From Proteromonas lacertae (lineage: Eukaryota), in contig NGBS01001165.1 of the NCBI GenBank assembly GCA_002245135.1, positions 1 to 64,000 of the forward strand: a DNA stretch of 64,000 nt, written 5' to 3'. How positions within the stretch are numbered: position 1 is the first letter of the stretch; the number at the start of each line of letters is the position of its first letter. This document shows positions 1 to 12,421 of the stretch, one piece after another. The translations under genes were made by a program, and so were the position numbers. The notes under the pieces are model-generated. The model did not search any database. It saw only the letters and a list, made by a program, of their open reading frames with translations, and was not told the origin of the DNA.

Positions 1-3000
1 AACTCTGATATTATTTTTATAAAGAAATGACCTCTTTTTGTAACTTTAGAATTTTCTGTTGATAATACAATTGAACTATTCAATTCTAAACCTTTCAATA
101 CTTCTTTCACTATAACATCAATAATAGTGTTTGTATTGAAATAATAAATCTTCACTTTAATTGAACTTTTTTCTAGACTTTTTTCTAGATAAGTGTGAAA
201 ACCTTTAAGAGAAGGAGTATCATCTAAAAGTAATATTGTATCACTTGATTCATAATATGAATAACTAATAAAACCAATATAATCGGATATTGATTGTAAT
301 TGATAGATATTTTTGTAACAAACTTGACTTTGAAATGGAAAACCTAAATAGAAGAAATACATATCTTCTTTTTCTAATTCATCATTTATATTGATTATAT
401 CATCTTTCAACATAATACCATAAAACACTGATACTTCTATTTCTTTGAAATATTTTATTACTCCTTCTACACTATGATCACCTTCTTCAATATCATAAAC
501 ATAAAAACAAATAGTTCCATACGACACTAATATATAATTTGCCATATACAACAGTTTTTCAGCTTCATATGGATATGTTTTTGAACTAATAATCAAACCT
601 AATCTAATCTTATATTTCATTTCACATATTGTTATATTCATTAAACCTTCATCAAAACTACTTTCAAATTGAATAAATGATTGATAAAATATTGTATTAT
701 CATCTTCTTTACCAGTGTTTTTAATTACAGAAAGTGGGTTGTTAATCATATGTTTATCATTAAAAGAGAGTATAAATTTATCATTCAATTTAAAAACCAT
801 ATTTTCTAATGATTGTTTTAAGGTATAATTGTTCGATATTTCACTCATTGTCAAACTTCTTCTATACATTTCATTGGATGCATATATCTCATTTACAAAC
901 ATTACTATATCGTATAAAGATCTTTCGGAATTCATTTCTCTAATATTTTCATACATAGGAATAAACAAAATCCTCTTCAGATGGAATATAATCATACAAC
1001 ACTTGATAATTGTTTAAAAAAACGTTATTATCTACAAAGGAAGCATATTTTCTAAGATGGAATATATGAACTTCGTTTAGATTTAGTTTATTTATTTCTT
1101 TTTGTATATCAACAGCATCAAACAGATTAATCATTATAACATTTGGTTGAAATGCATTTATTCTAGTAATAACATCGCTTATTGATTCACTTGCTAAATC
1201 ACCAACTTCATATTGTAAATGAATTGATTTATAGAATTCATAATATCTACTAAACACTGATAATATTCGTGATTGATCAATATTATTACTGTTTGAAATA
1301 TATACTATTTTCTTATTACCAGTAAACAAAAAATCAGGAATTGTAGCTTCCACAAAATCGCTTATTACTTTACCAAAACTGAAATAATTGTCATAACTAA
1401 ATAAAGAATCAATAAAATTTAAATCAAAAAACAAACAATCATACTTTGGTAATATTTTGTCTAATAAATAATGCTTTTCTTTGTTGTCAATATATCCATA
1501 TAATACATCAGGTTTAAAACTCTTAAATATTTCATTCACTATCTCATCATATTTAGCATCATTTAAGGCTGGAAATTCCTTTTTAATAACAAAAAATTCA
1601 GTTCCTGAATCATCTGTTCTTGTGCTTTCATATATTTGAAATAACAAGTCACAAATAGAATTGCCATTCATTCTACTAACACATAATATATTCTTCACTT
1701 TCACTATCTTTCTATAATTTGGAGAATTCCAATCACATAATTCCATTCGATCATACACTCCATTTTCTCCTTTCATTGTTATAAATGATGGAAATTGAGT
1801 CATTTGTTTTGCCAACATATTTCCATAAGTAAAACTACCATCTGAAGATAGTTTATAATCTCTTAAATGTAGTATCAAATAATTATGATGAGTAATTGTC
1901 ATATTACTAATGTTTAGATTCAATCCAATTGTATAAATCGTATTATCAAAAAGTGTTCTATCTGTTGAATTTGTTAAATCAATCAATTTGCATATAAAAT
2001 AGATTGAAACTGTACTAAAATACTCAAAATATGTGAATGATTTGTCTTTATGGTAATTTCTAAACCTAGCAGCAACAGCATCATTATTAAGTATATAATT
2101 TGAAGGATTTACATTGATTGTCCAATATTCAGATAACTATAAAATATCAATAACAATAATAATATTATATACTTGTAGTAGATTACTCACACTTTCATAT
2201 ATATCATCAACTAAATCAAAAATAAATATTTTCAATTTGGGATAGGTAGATTTATACTTTTCAAATTCTTTTATAAATGATATTGTATATTCTTCCCCCA
2301 ATGTGCATAATAAATGAAACTCTTCATTTTTATCGTAATCATTCAAAAATGATTGGATTGCACTATCTGTTACTTGTGATGTTGAAGATTCTACTTTTAA
2401 ACTGGATATTTGAATATTCAAATTTGTGTAATATCTATTAATATAAGAACTACTCTTAATTCCATATCTATGAATATTAATTAAATAAAAATAAATATAC
2501 GGTGTATTTGAATATAGTAAGAACATCGAAACATCAGGATAAAAATAATTATAAAAATGAATTTGACTTGGAATACTACTTCCTATATGAAATATACTTG
2601 GAAAACATATTTCACCACTACTATAACCAAAAGTGAATAAATAAGGATCATTCTCATGTATAATAGGTAATAAATCGTCCAACATATCAGTTGACATGTA
2701 ATAAATAACTACTGACACTTTGTTTGATAATAAATACTGATATTGTTCAGTTATCGATAAAGCGTAAGGTGCAATTATTATTTTCAATATATAGTTAAAT
2801 GAGAAATAATTTCCAGAGTTTGTATAATCAACAGATTCAAATATTCCTCTTAAAACTGTATAATAATGTAAATGATCTACTTTTCCCATATAACCAATTT
2901 CTATAGACTTTACTCTCTTTTCTATACCATTCCTACATACTTTATTTTCAGGATTATGCCATAAATCGTTTATATAAAGAGAACTATCACAATGTAAATC

Positions 3001-3959
3001 ATATTCTTCAACTATTACACCATTATTTACTTTGATTAGATAATTTGGTATAATGAAATTATTATTTAAATACTTAATATTTTTTGTTTTTAAAATTCTC
3101 ATCATTCTTTCTATTGCACTGTTCAATTTGTTCACATCTTTTAGATAATACAATGATATTGTATAATTTGCAAAATATAAACTTAAATATGTTAAATAGA
3201 TTGTATTATCAATTGCTTGATTATTCAATAATTCCTTCAATTTAAATACATCATTTTTTTCTAAATATTGAGTTACTATATATGTATTAGATGTTGCAGC
3301 AGGATTGGTTGCTACATAATCCATCTCCATGAAATATGAAATTACACTTATATCACTCCTATAGGTTAATGATAATAATGAATTAAATAATTCGTCAAAT
3401 TGAGGTTTATAGTAGTAGAAATTGAATATTACTACTTTTGATGATTTTTCCTTATCATAACTACTAAGAAGTACTTTCAATTCTGATTCTGATTTAATTA
3501 TCACACACTCTTTACCAAATTGCTTTATATATGTTTCTAAATTACTTAATTCATTTTTATCATCCTCAGAACCTATGAGAATGAAGATATTTTTCTTTTT
3601 TTGAATCATTAGATAAATACCTAAAGTCTAAAAACAAAACATATACATTTATCAATAACACTGTATATCAAGCTTGTATACATGTAATTTTCTTCACAGA
3701 ATGCATGTAAAAGCCTTCTTGAATATATTGTGGTTGTTTTTGTCTTATAATCTTTTATTCCTGTACTGATAAATAGTGTTTTCTCTTTTAGGGATTTAAC
3801 ATACTCAATATCAAGATGATCTTCGAAAAGAGAAGAGACTTGTATATATATATCTTTTTTTGAGGTTACGGTTTCATCATCTGTATTTAATATAATAGAT
3901 ACATTAAATTTAGAATTACTAAAACACAACAAATATAAAATCAAAAAAACTAATTTCAT
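1..3959 (-). CDS. Large secreted/surface protein with tandem type-I periplasmic-binding-protein (AmiC/UrtA-like) repeats; 3' end runs off the window
   Basis: Signal peptide MKLVFLILYLLCFS. ORFs 3621-3959, 2137-3609 and 949-1986 are joined by short GTAT..TAG introns, and an open frame continues from ~945 to 1 after an apparent +1 indel near 960. Recurrent motifs: FTFGYSSGEICFPSIFHIG, FFDLNFIDSLFSYDNYFSFG, FYLGFPFQSQVCYKNIYQL; also IRLGLIISSK and HMINNPLSVIK. Confidence 0.6.
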
Positions 3960-5661
3960 TATTAAAATTTGACCGTTTCATATCTACTTTTTTTTGTATT
4001 TAATGGAATTAATAATCATATACGTTTTATATATATTTAAGAAGTATTGGTTAGTGGATATAGTCGCTAATTAGACTTCATAAAATTTGATGAAGTTTAA
4101 TCTAATACTTCTTTTTATTGATAATAATAATAAGTGATAAAGAAATGAATTATGAATTAATCAGCATAACCAAACAAATTAATTTCTTTTCCATAACTAA
4201 ATAAGTCAATTCTCTCACTTTCAGTTTCTTCATCATCTTCTGTTTTGTCATTTGAAATCTTTCCAGAATAAAAACTAGAATTAAAAGTAATATAGAAATG
4301 AATTCTGAATCTATACAACTAAAAACAAAAATTAAGCAATAGAAATTATTATAGTTAAAATTTGAATGAGAACTATTCAAATACTCATCTTTAATCGATC
4401 TTGGAGTTAATTCTAAATCTCCAAGATTGTCATTTACTTCTGGTTGTAATTTATTATTCTCGCCACAAATGAGATTTCACAATTTAATTTAGTTTGGATT
4501 TCTCATTTTCCCATCCTTTCTCAAACTATTGATGAGAATTGGAAATTTTCCTCCCTTGAAAGAATTAAATTATGATTCAAACATTATTTAATAAATAAAC
4601 ACACACCAATTCAATCAAATAAGAATATATTAATTAATAATTAATATTTTAATTATCAATCTTCTTCATCCACATCTACTACGTTAGTTTTATTATTTTT
4701 TAAAAGCATAATTAGCTGCTTCTTATCGTTTTCTTCTTTTTCAATTTCTTCTTTTCTTCTTTTCATTTCATCTTCATCATTTAATCTACTAAAAAATCTA
4801 ATTTGTTTTCTTTTATATTTATCCATCATTACTTTCACTTCATCTTCTAAACTAAATTGTAATCTTATAATGATTTATGGTTTAATAATTGATGAAATAA
4901 TACCCTCATGACAATATAGTATCTCATATTCGAACATAAATGCGGATATATATCATCTATAATTTTATAGTAATATTAACATTCTAGTACTAGCGTAGAA
5001 TCACAACAAACACCACTATAAAAGGTTTATCTACTCCTATACTCCTTAATATTGAATCTATACACTTGATGAGAATTTGCTACAATATTTATGCTCTTTT
5101 ATTAAATTTGACATTATTAAAAGCATTACTCTCTGGATATACTTAAGTATCACTCTATTCCCTGTATCTTGTCATCCTCTTGATAATTTAAATCAAATAA
5201 TGGTAATGTATTGTCATTTTTGCATCTATACACCATATATCCAATTTTAGATCAAATATTTCGATCAAGTTTCAAACCACTCTTTATAGAATAGATATGA
5301 CTTATAATTAATAATTAATGTCTAATTAGCGAACTTAGGAAATTGTTATAAATTATTAAATAAAAATTCTTCTATATAGAAACGGATATATATTTTGAAA
5401 TGATAATAATCTTATATATTTGATAGTACTCACTATTACAATATTTATTTACAATTATGAGAATAATCTTGGAGTGAATATGCAATTAAAAGCAATTGAA
5501 ATATGATTTGTAATAATAAACTTGATATTTCACCTATTTTATCATTATACAGTCAATATTATGAATGTTAGAAGATTTTGAAAGAACTGCTTATATAATT
5601 TTTTGTATTAGAAAGAATTAATCTAAATCAAGAGTTTATTATATAATTAATTTAAATAAAT

Positions 5662-6834
5662 CTACCATAACATATCTTTACCATCTTCATGATGCATAGT
5701 AATAAATGGATGATAAAGACAGTCATGAACACTCATTCTCTTATTCTCATCAACTTCCAACAAACTACCCAGAAAGCTCTTTGCACATATAGAAATAAAC
5801 TTATTAATCCTATATATATAAATATATTGTAAAAATACTTAAATTGATTCTTCACAATATTCACTTTAATTTTCTTATCACTAACATCATCAAATGGTGA
5901 AAATCCAAACAATAATTCATACATCAATACTCCAATACTCCAACTATCTGTTTTATTATTATAACTTTTATTTTGTATAATTTCAGGACTCATATATACG
6001 ACTGTACCACAATATGACTTTCTTCGTTCATTTTCATTTTGTAGTTTTATTGAAGAACCAAAATCTGCTAATTTTAAAATTCCATCTTCCGTAACTAATA
6101 TATTTTCAGGTTTAATGTCTCTATGAATGATTTGATTTGAATGGCAATAATCAACAGCAGAACATATTGAATATAATGTTTTGGAAGTTGATTTTTCATC
6201 TAAGCATTTATTTGGTAATGATTTTAAGATTTTGTAGAAATTTCCTTTCCTTGCTGATTCTAATATTAAATAACATCGTGACTATTAGTAAATACATAAT
6301 ACTACAATAAATATACCTCATCCTCAAATGATCCGTATAATCGAATAATATTGGGATGTTTTAATTCAATATGTATTTGAATTTCTCTTTGTATTGACTC
6401 ATAACAATTCTCTTCATATAATGATTTTGTACATAGCGTTTTTAAAGCAACATTTTGATTATTTGATTTTATGGTTGCTTCATACACATTACCAAAGTGA
6501 CCATGTCCTAAGCACTTCCCAATATTGAAATCATCTACTTTCCAACTCTGATACTACAGAATTATTGATTTTTATATACTCTTAAATTATCTAGATTATT
6601 ATTATTATTGATTTTATTTGTATTTGAGTTAGTTGATTCAGTTGGGATTATATTATCATCTATATCTGTAAGAGGCATTCTTTGGGCTTTCTCTCCATCT
6701 TTGCTAAACTTTTTTTGAATACCAAATAAACTTTTGCGACTTGAAAATGATCTAGATGATTTAAATACCGTTATATACATTCTAGGAACATTATTACTTT
6801 TGTTTTCATCATTTGATAATATTTTTGTAGTCAT
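5662..6834 (-). CDS. Aurora-family Ser/Thr protein kinase (spliced)
   Basis: LGHGHFGNVY, VALK, QREIQIHIELKHPNIIRLYG, HRDIKPENIL, ADFG, SYCGTVVYMSPE and DSWSIGVLMYELLFG across three short introns. Stop TAG at 5662-5664. Confidence 0.85.
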
Positions 6835-6944
6835 AGTGTGTATTTTATTCAATAATACAGAAAACCTGTAATAATTACCTAATATAAATCACTACTGTGT
6901 TTAAAATGAAAAGAGAAATTTAAATTTTCAAACTAAAACTTGAA

Positions 6945-7800
6945 ATGTCACAATCGAAAAGAAGAGTAGCAATAATAACTGGTGGTTCTAGAGGTATTGG
7001 TAAAGGTATAGCAATGAAACTAGCACAAAACAATATTGATGTCTTTTTAATTGCAACAAAAGAAGTTCATTTGAAAGAAGTTAAATCAAAAATAGAAAAA
7101 ATGGAAGAACCACACGGAAGATGCGAATTTTATGTGGTAGACGTAAGAAATAGAGAAGAAGTATTAATCACAATATTGTTTAGATGAAAGTAGCAGCAAA
7201 ACAATGTATATCAGTATTTGGTTCAATTGACATACTTGTGAATAATGCAGGTATTATGCCAATATCTTGGGTGAAAAGTTTGAAAGAAGATGAATGGGAA
7301 AGAATGGTTGATATAAACTGTAAAGTATTATAAAAATTATTTTATCATCAATGATAGGGTGTTCTTAATGGAGTTGGAGCATGTTTGCCATATATGATGG
7401 AGAAGAAGAAAGGTCATATTATCTGTATGTCAAGTGATGCTGGTAAGAGAGCATTTCCTGGTTTATCAGTTTATTGCGGTACAAAATATTTCGTTGAAGG
7501 ATTTGTTCAATGTTTAAGACAAGAGATGAAGGAATTTAATATAAAAGTCTCTACAATACAACCTGGAGATGTTGGTACTGATATTGGAATGGATACAACT
7601 GATACTGGTGCATATGATGAAATGTATATAATATTCTATACACATCTTTCGTTCATTTGATTTATTTTCATAGATGTAAAGAGAAACATAAAATATTGAA
7701 AGTAAATGATATAGCAAATGCTGTATATTATGCTATAAATCAACCAGATTATTGTGCAGTAAATGAAATACTAATTGAACCAACAGAATTGCCAATATAA
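6945..7800 (+). CDS. Short-chain dehydrogenase/reductase (classical SDR), 3 introns
   Basis: TGGSRGIG Rossmann motif, NNAG, catalytic YCGTK, C-terminal VNEILIEP. Introns at ~7161-7183, ~7326-7357 and ~7624-7673. TAA at 7798-7800. Confidence 0.92.
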
Positions 7801-7868
7801 ATAAATAAGTAATCTATTTCTATTTATTTTTTATAAATATCAAATAAATTTCTATTTTAAATGTTTGT

Positions 7869-7884
7869 GGTGCTTAAAAACACC
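7869..7884 (-). promoter_or_regulatory. Histone mRNA 3' stem-loop
   Basis: Minus strand reads AAAAAATCA-GGTGTT-TTTA-AGCACC-ACAAAC: a 6-bp stem starting GG, a 4-nt U-rich loop and an ACA 3' flank, 32 nt after the H3 stop. Confidence 0.8.
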
Positions 7885-7916
7885 TGATTTTTTGTATCAT
7901 AAAAGATTTAACTCAT

Positions 7917-8354
<438 letters not shown>

Positions 8355-9641
8355 TTAAAATTCTCAGAAAAGTGATAATGAATAAAATACTCAAAAATAC
8401 TAAAATAATACACTTGTATTTTTTTCACATTACTATTGGCTATTTTGAGTATATCTAGATTTTGTATTTTTGTGTATTAGATATTTATAGAAATTTCTTT
8501 GTTCCGAAATTTTAATCAATAACAGCATTACACTATTAGTATTAATTTACAATTTATATTATATTTTTTCATATATATATATATAGAAGGTAAGCAAACC
8601 AATAATCTACATTTCATGATCATTCTCTTAAAATAAAATACTTCACTCACTGCTATTTATACATTAAAATATTTGAAATATTTTGATATTATTTAAATGA
8701 TGATATACTTCAGTACCTTTATTTTCATCTCTTTCTCTGCTTCAATATATAAATCAATAACAAAACATTTCAAATAACATAAAATAATCATCATTAGACA
8801 TCATCTACGAGAAATTTTCAAAAGAATAGATTTTCATAAAAAATAGATTCGTTTTGAATTCAATTAATTTAGATTGACCAAGCCTTTTAATAACATCACT
8901 AATTAGACATGAAATATTTTTTAAAAGGTGGAGGTTGCTTATCATAATATAATAAAACAAGAAATACCAGCAGATTAGAGTAAAACAAGAAACAAATGCT
9001 GAATTATGTGTTAAACTCCCTTTAAAGGGATTAGCATATGTATTTTCATCAAAAGGTTAGTGGAAATATTCAACACTTTAAAACATTTTGTGATGAAATG
9101 TACACTAATACCAGGTGTTGTTTGTTTAGTAATATGTAGTATAAAAGGTGCTTTTAGTAAACATGTATTAAGTAGTTGGTGTATTTATATAAGTTCTAGA
9201 TATCCAGATATTATTAGTGAAGAAACTTTCTTTGGTTAGTTAGAAACATAACAAGATCCAGAAGATATAGGAATGTTAGTCAGAAAGTGTAGAATTAGAA
9301 GATTAAGTATTATCTAAATATGAAGACTATAAAAGTGGAGAGTTAAAGCGTTTGGATTAAACCACTTATGTACCACTACACAGAAAAATAACAAATTGTA
9401 TGTGGTGTATCACTCCATTTGATGAAAATGATAAGAACAGAAGACGTACAAGGCATGACGATCATTTCACAGGTAATAGATAATAGAAAATATAATTGAT
9501 TAGAATACTCATATTTGAATGCTACATCTAAACCATTGTTATTCCATCTTTGGTTATTAATATAAGATTGAGTATTGTACTCAGCAGGATTCTTTCACTA
9601 ACTCATAAACTATTGACTTGTTGTTATATACTGCAATGTAA

Positions 9642-10066
9642 GAGGACATTTTTTTAGAACGGCTGTTCAAATTTTTAACACCCTATTTCTAGTGGCATTA
9701 CAGCCTTTATATTAAATTTCTTCTAGATATAGATAAGTAATTAAGAGTTTCTGAAACTATCTGTGAATTTCGTTTACTTATGATTAATTCATTTTGACAT
9801 TAGTTTTAAAATTGAGGTCCAAACAAAAGTGCATAATATCTGCATTTAGGACCTCCAATTATTTTCGTAATAATATGTTTATTTAATGAAAAAATAAATA
9901 AAACATTTTCACAAAGCAAACCTCAAGTTTGAATGATTTTAAATTTTTTATTTTTTAAGCTCCTTATTTAATAGATGAATAAGAAATATTATTATGTGGT
10001 TTTATGATTAATATACAAAGACACAGTGGTGCTAGAATTAAAATACAGTAAATGTGTTACATGTTA
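9642..10066 (+). repeat. Left TIR of the MULE-like element
   Basis: Reverse complement of 11480-11904, with only a few mismatches, mostly at the ends. Confidence 0.95.
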
Positions 10067-11359
10067 TTTTATGGTTACTAAACATTATAGATAATTTAAT
10101 TAAAATATGAAAGAGAATATTGTTTTTGGTTGTTACAATTAAATTGAATATGTAGATGAAGTAATATACTAACAATGTTGATGATAAGCATCGAGAATTA
10201 GGAAAGATGTTTGAGAAGAAGATTTATTGGAATTTAAATGGCGAATCTGACACACTCACTGGCTTTTAGTTATTTAGCAAAGGAAAGAAAAATAACAGTA
10301 ACAACAACGCTAGTAATAAACTTAATAACTTATTCTAATAGCCATTAGATTATTATGAAAATATTTTATAGTTTATTGCTATATAAGGATGTAGCATATT
10401 TGATTTGAAGTTAAGAAGCTATAACTGAATATTTCGATTTTATTAGATTAATAAAAAGTGTTAATAAGTGTTTTTAAGCTATGTTAGTTAAAAATTACTT
10501 TAAAAGGATTGAAATTGATATTTTAAATACTATGATAATTTGTTATTGTGATATTAATTTCATTTAATAATAAATTAGTATTAGAAAAGAAGAGAATATG
10601 AGATTATATGATTTATACTTCATAACACCATAAGAATTTAATGAATTAGAATGTGATTAGAGAAGTGTATTATCAATATTGATAATAAGAAATTGTTATT
10701 CAATGAAGATAATAATATTAATAAAACAAAAGAAAATATTAATATATATAATTACAGTTTATCTGAAGAATGTAAATACATGATAAAAGAATGAATAAAT
10801 GATTAAATATTGATAGTATAATTGTATAGTATTTGAATAGATATTCAAGATAAAATGATAAAATCGTATAATATAGCCAATATACTTATATAATATAATA
10901 ATTAAAATTTAGTTTATTTTTTTTCTTTTATTCTTTTTTTCGTATGAACATTCAATCCTCTTTGACATATAAATTGTTCTTTTTGTAGAGATATTATTTA
11001 TATAGTTTAAAGTAGCATCATCTTGAATTATTTTATATCCTTCCTCAGAATTACTTATGAATAAATATATTGCTGTTAATATTATCTCTGATGCTTCTTT
11101 TTCAATATTGCTATAATCTTTTGCTATGAATTTATTAGTGATTGGTATATTTCTGTTATTGTATCATCTTTAATACTTTGTAACATAGATGAAAAATATG
11201 ATTTATGAATAGAAGCTTTTAATTTGACAAATTCTTCTTCATCAATGTTTATGTTTTCATAATTAATAATGTTATTATATACCTCTTTTTCATTTAAATT
11301 GTTTTCTACACTGTCTACTACTTCTGTTGGATAATGAATTTTATTGAAATAACAATCTG

Positions 11360-11570
11360 TAATATGTAACATATTCACTATATTTTAATTCTAGCACCAC
11401 TATGTCTTTGTATATTAATCATAAAACCACATAATAATATTTCTAATTCATTTTTTGGACTTCTCTTTGAGATCACTTCTAATATGTAACATATTCACTA
11501 TATTTTAATTCTAGCACCACTGTGTCTTTGTATATTAATCATAAAACCACATAATAATATTTCTTATTCA
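11360..11570. repeat. Direct duplication of the inner ~90 bp of the right TIR (120-bp period)
   Basis: 11360-11450 matches 11480-11570 with 2 mismatches. Confidence 0.9.
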
Positions 11571-11904
11571 TCTATTAAATAAGGAGCTTAAAAAATAAAA
11601 AATTTAAAATCATTCAAACTTGAGGTTTGCTTTGTGAAAATGTTTTATTTATTTTTTCATTAAATAAACATATTATTACGAAAATAATTGGAGGTCCTAA
11701 ATGCAGATATTATGCACTTTTGTTTGGACCTCAATTTTAAAACTAATGTCAAAATGAATTAATCATAAGTAAACGAAATTCACAGATAGTTTCAGAAACT
11801 CTTAATTACTTATCTATATCTAGAAGAAATTTAATATAAAGGCTGTAACGCCACTAGAAATAGGGTGTTAAAAATTTGAACAGCCGTTCTAAAAAAAAGT
11901 TTTC
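11480..11904 (-). repeat. Right TIR of the MULE-like element
   Basis: Reverse complement of 9642-10066. Confidence 0.95.
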
Positions 11905-12421
11905 GCAATGTAAGGTTCATTAAACTAACCTATATTTTTGTAATACCTACCATACTAATCAGTAATACCTCTCATATACAACTTATACTTCATTTTATCA
12001 GTAATGAAATTGTACAAATTTTCATTATATATATAGGTAATGATATATTTAAATATTGAACAGTTGAATAACTCCATAATAATAGAACCATGATTGATTG
12101 AAAGGTCTCTTCATCTGCAACAACAACAACTCCTATCCACAACTTTTACTTCACTTTTATTGTTTTATAAAAGCATAATTAGTTGCGTATTTTAGTATTC
12201 TTTTAATTGTTGAATATTTAATATATCTATATTTTTGAATAAACTAAAAAATACTAAAAACATTTAACTCTTGTTCTATCATTTCAAATACTGAGCTTTT
12301 TGATATTTGCTATAATTTCATATATTATTCCCCAAATTAACAACAAAGTATCAATAATAATTATTATTTAGTTCTTATACATAACACATATTCATAAATT
12401 CATTTCAACTCTTCTCATCAA

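Larger units (their letters stand above)
9642..11904. mobile_element. Non-autonomous Mutator-like (MULE) DNA transposon
   Basis: Near-perfect ~425-bp terminal inverted repeats with G-terminated ends (GAGGACATTTTTTTAGAAC and, reverse-complemented, GAAAACTTTTTTTTAGAAC). Flanked by the direct 9-bp duplication GCAATGTAA (9633-9641, 11905-11913). No intact transposase inside. Confidence 0.8.

Noticed and set aside
4100..5650. Short ORFs (4150-4380, 4656-4838) and stop-rich frames
   Set aside because: I could not build a coherent spliced gene or recognise a family. It may be decayed sequence.
8950..9330. In-frame TAA/TAG in coding-like DNA suggesting stop-to-Gln reassignment
   Set aside because: Conserved genes (H3, DRG1, VDAC, NOP1) end at TAA/TAG and have no internal ones, so the standard code fits.
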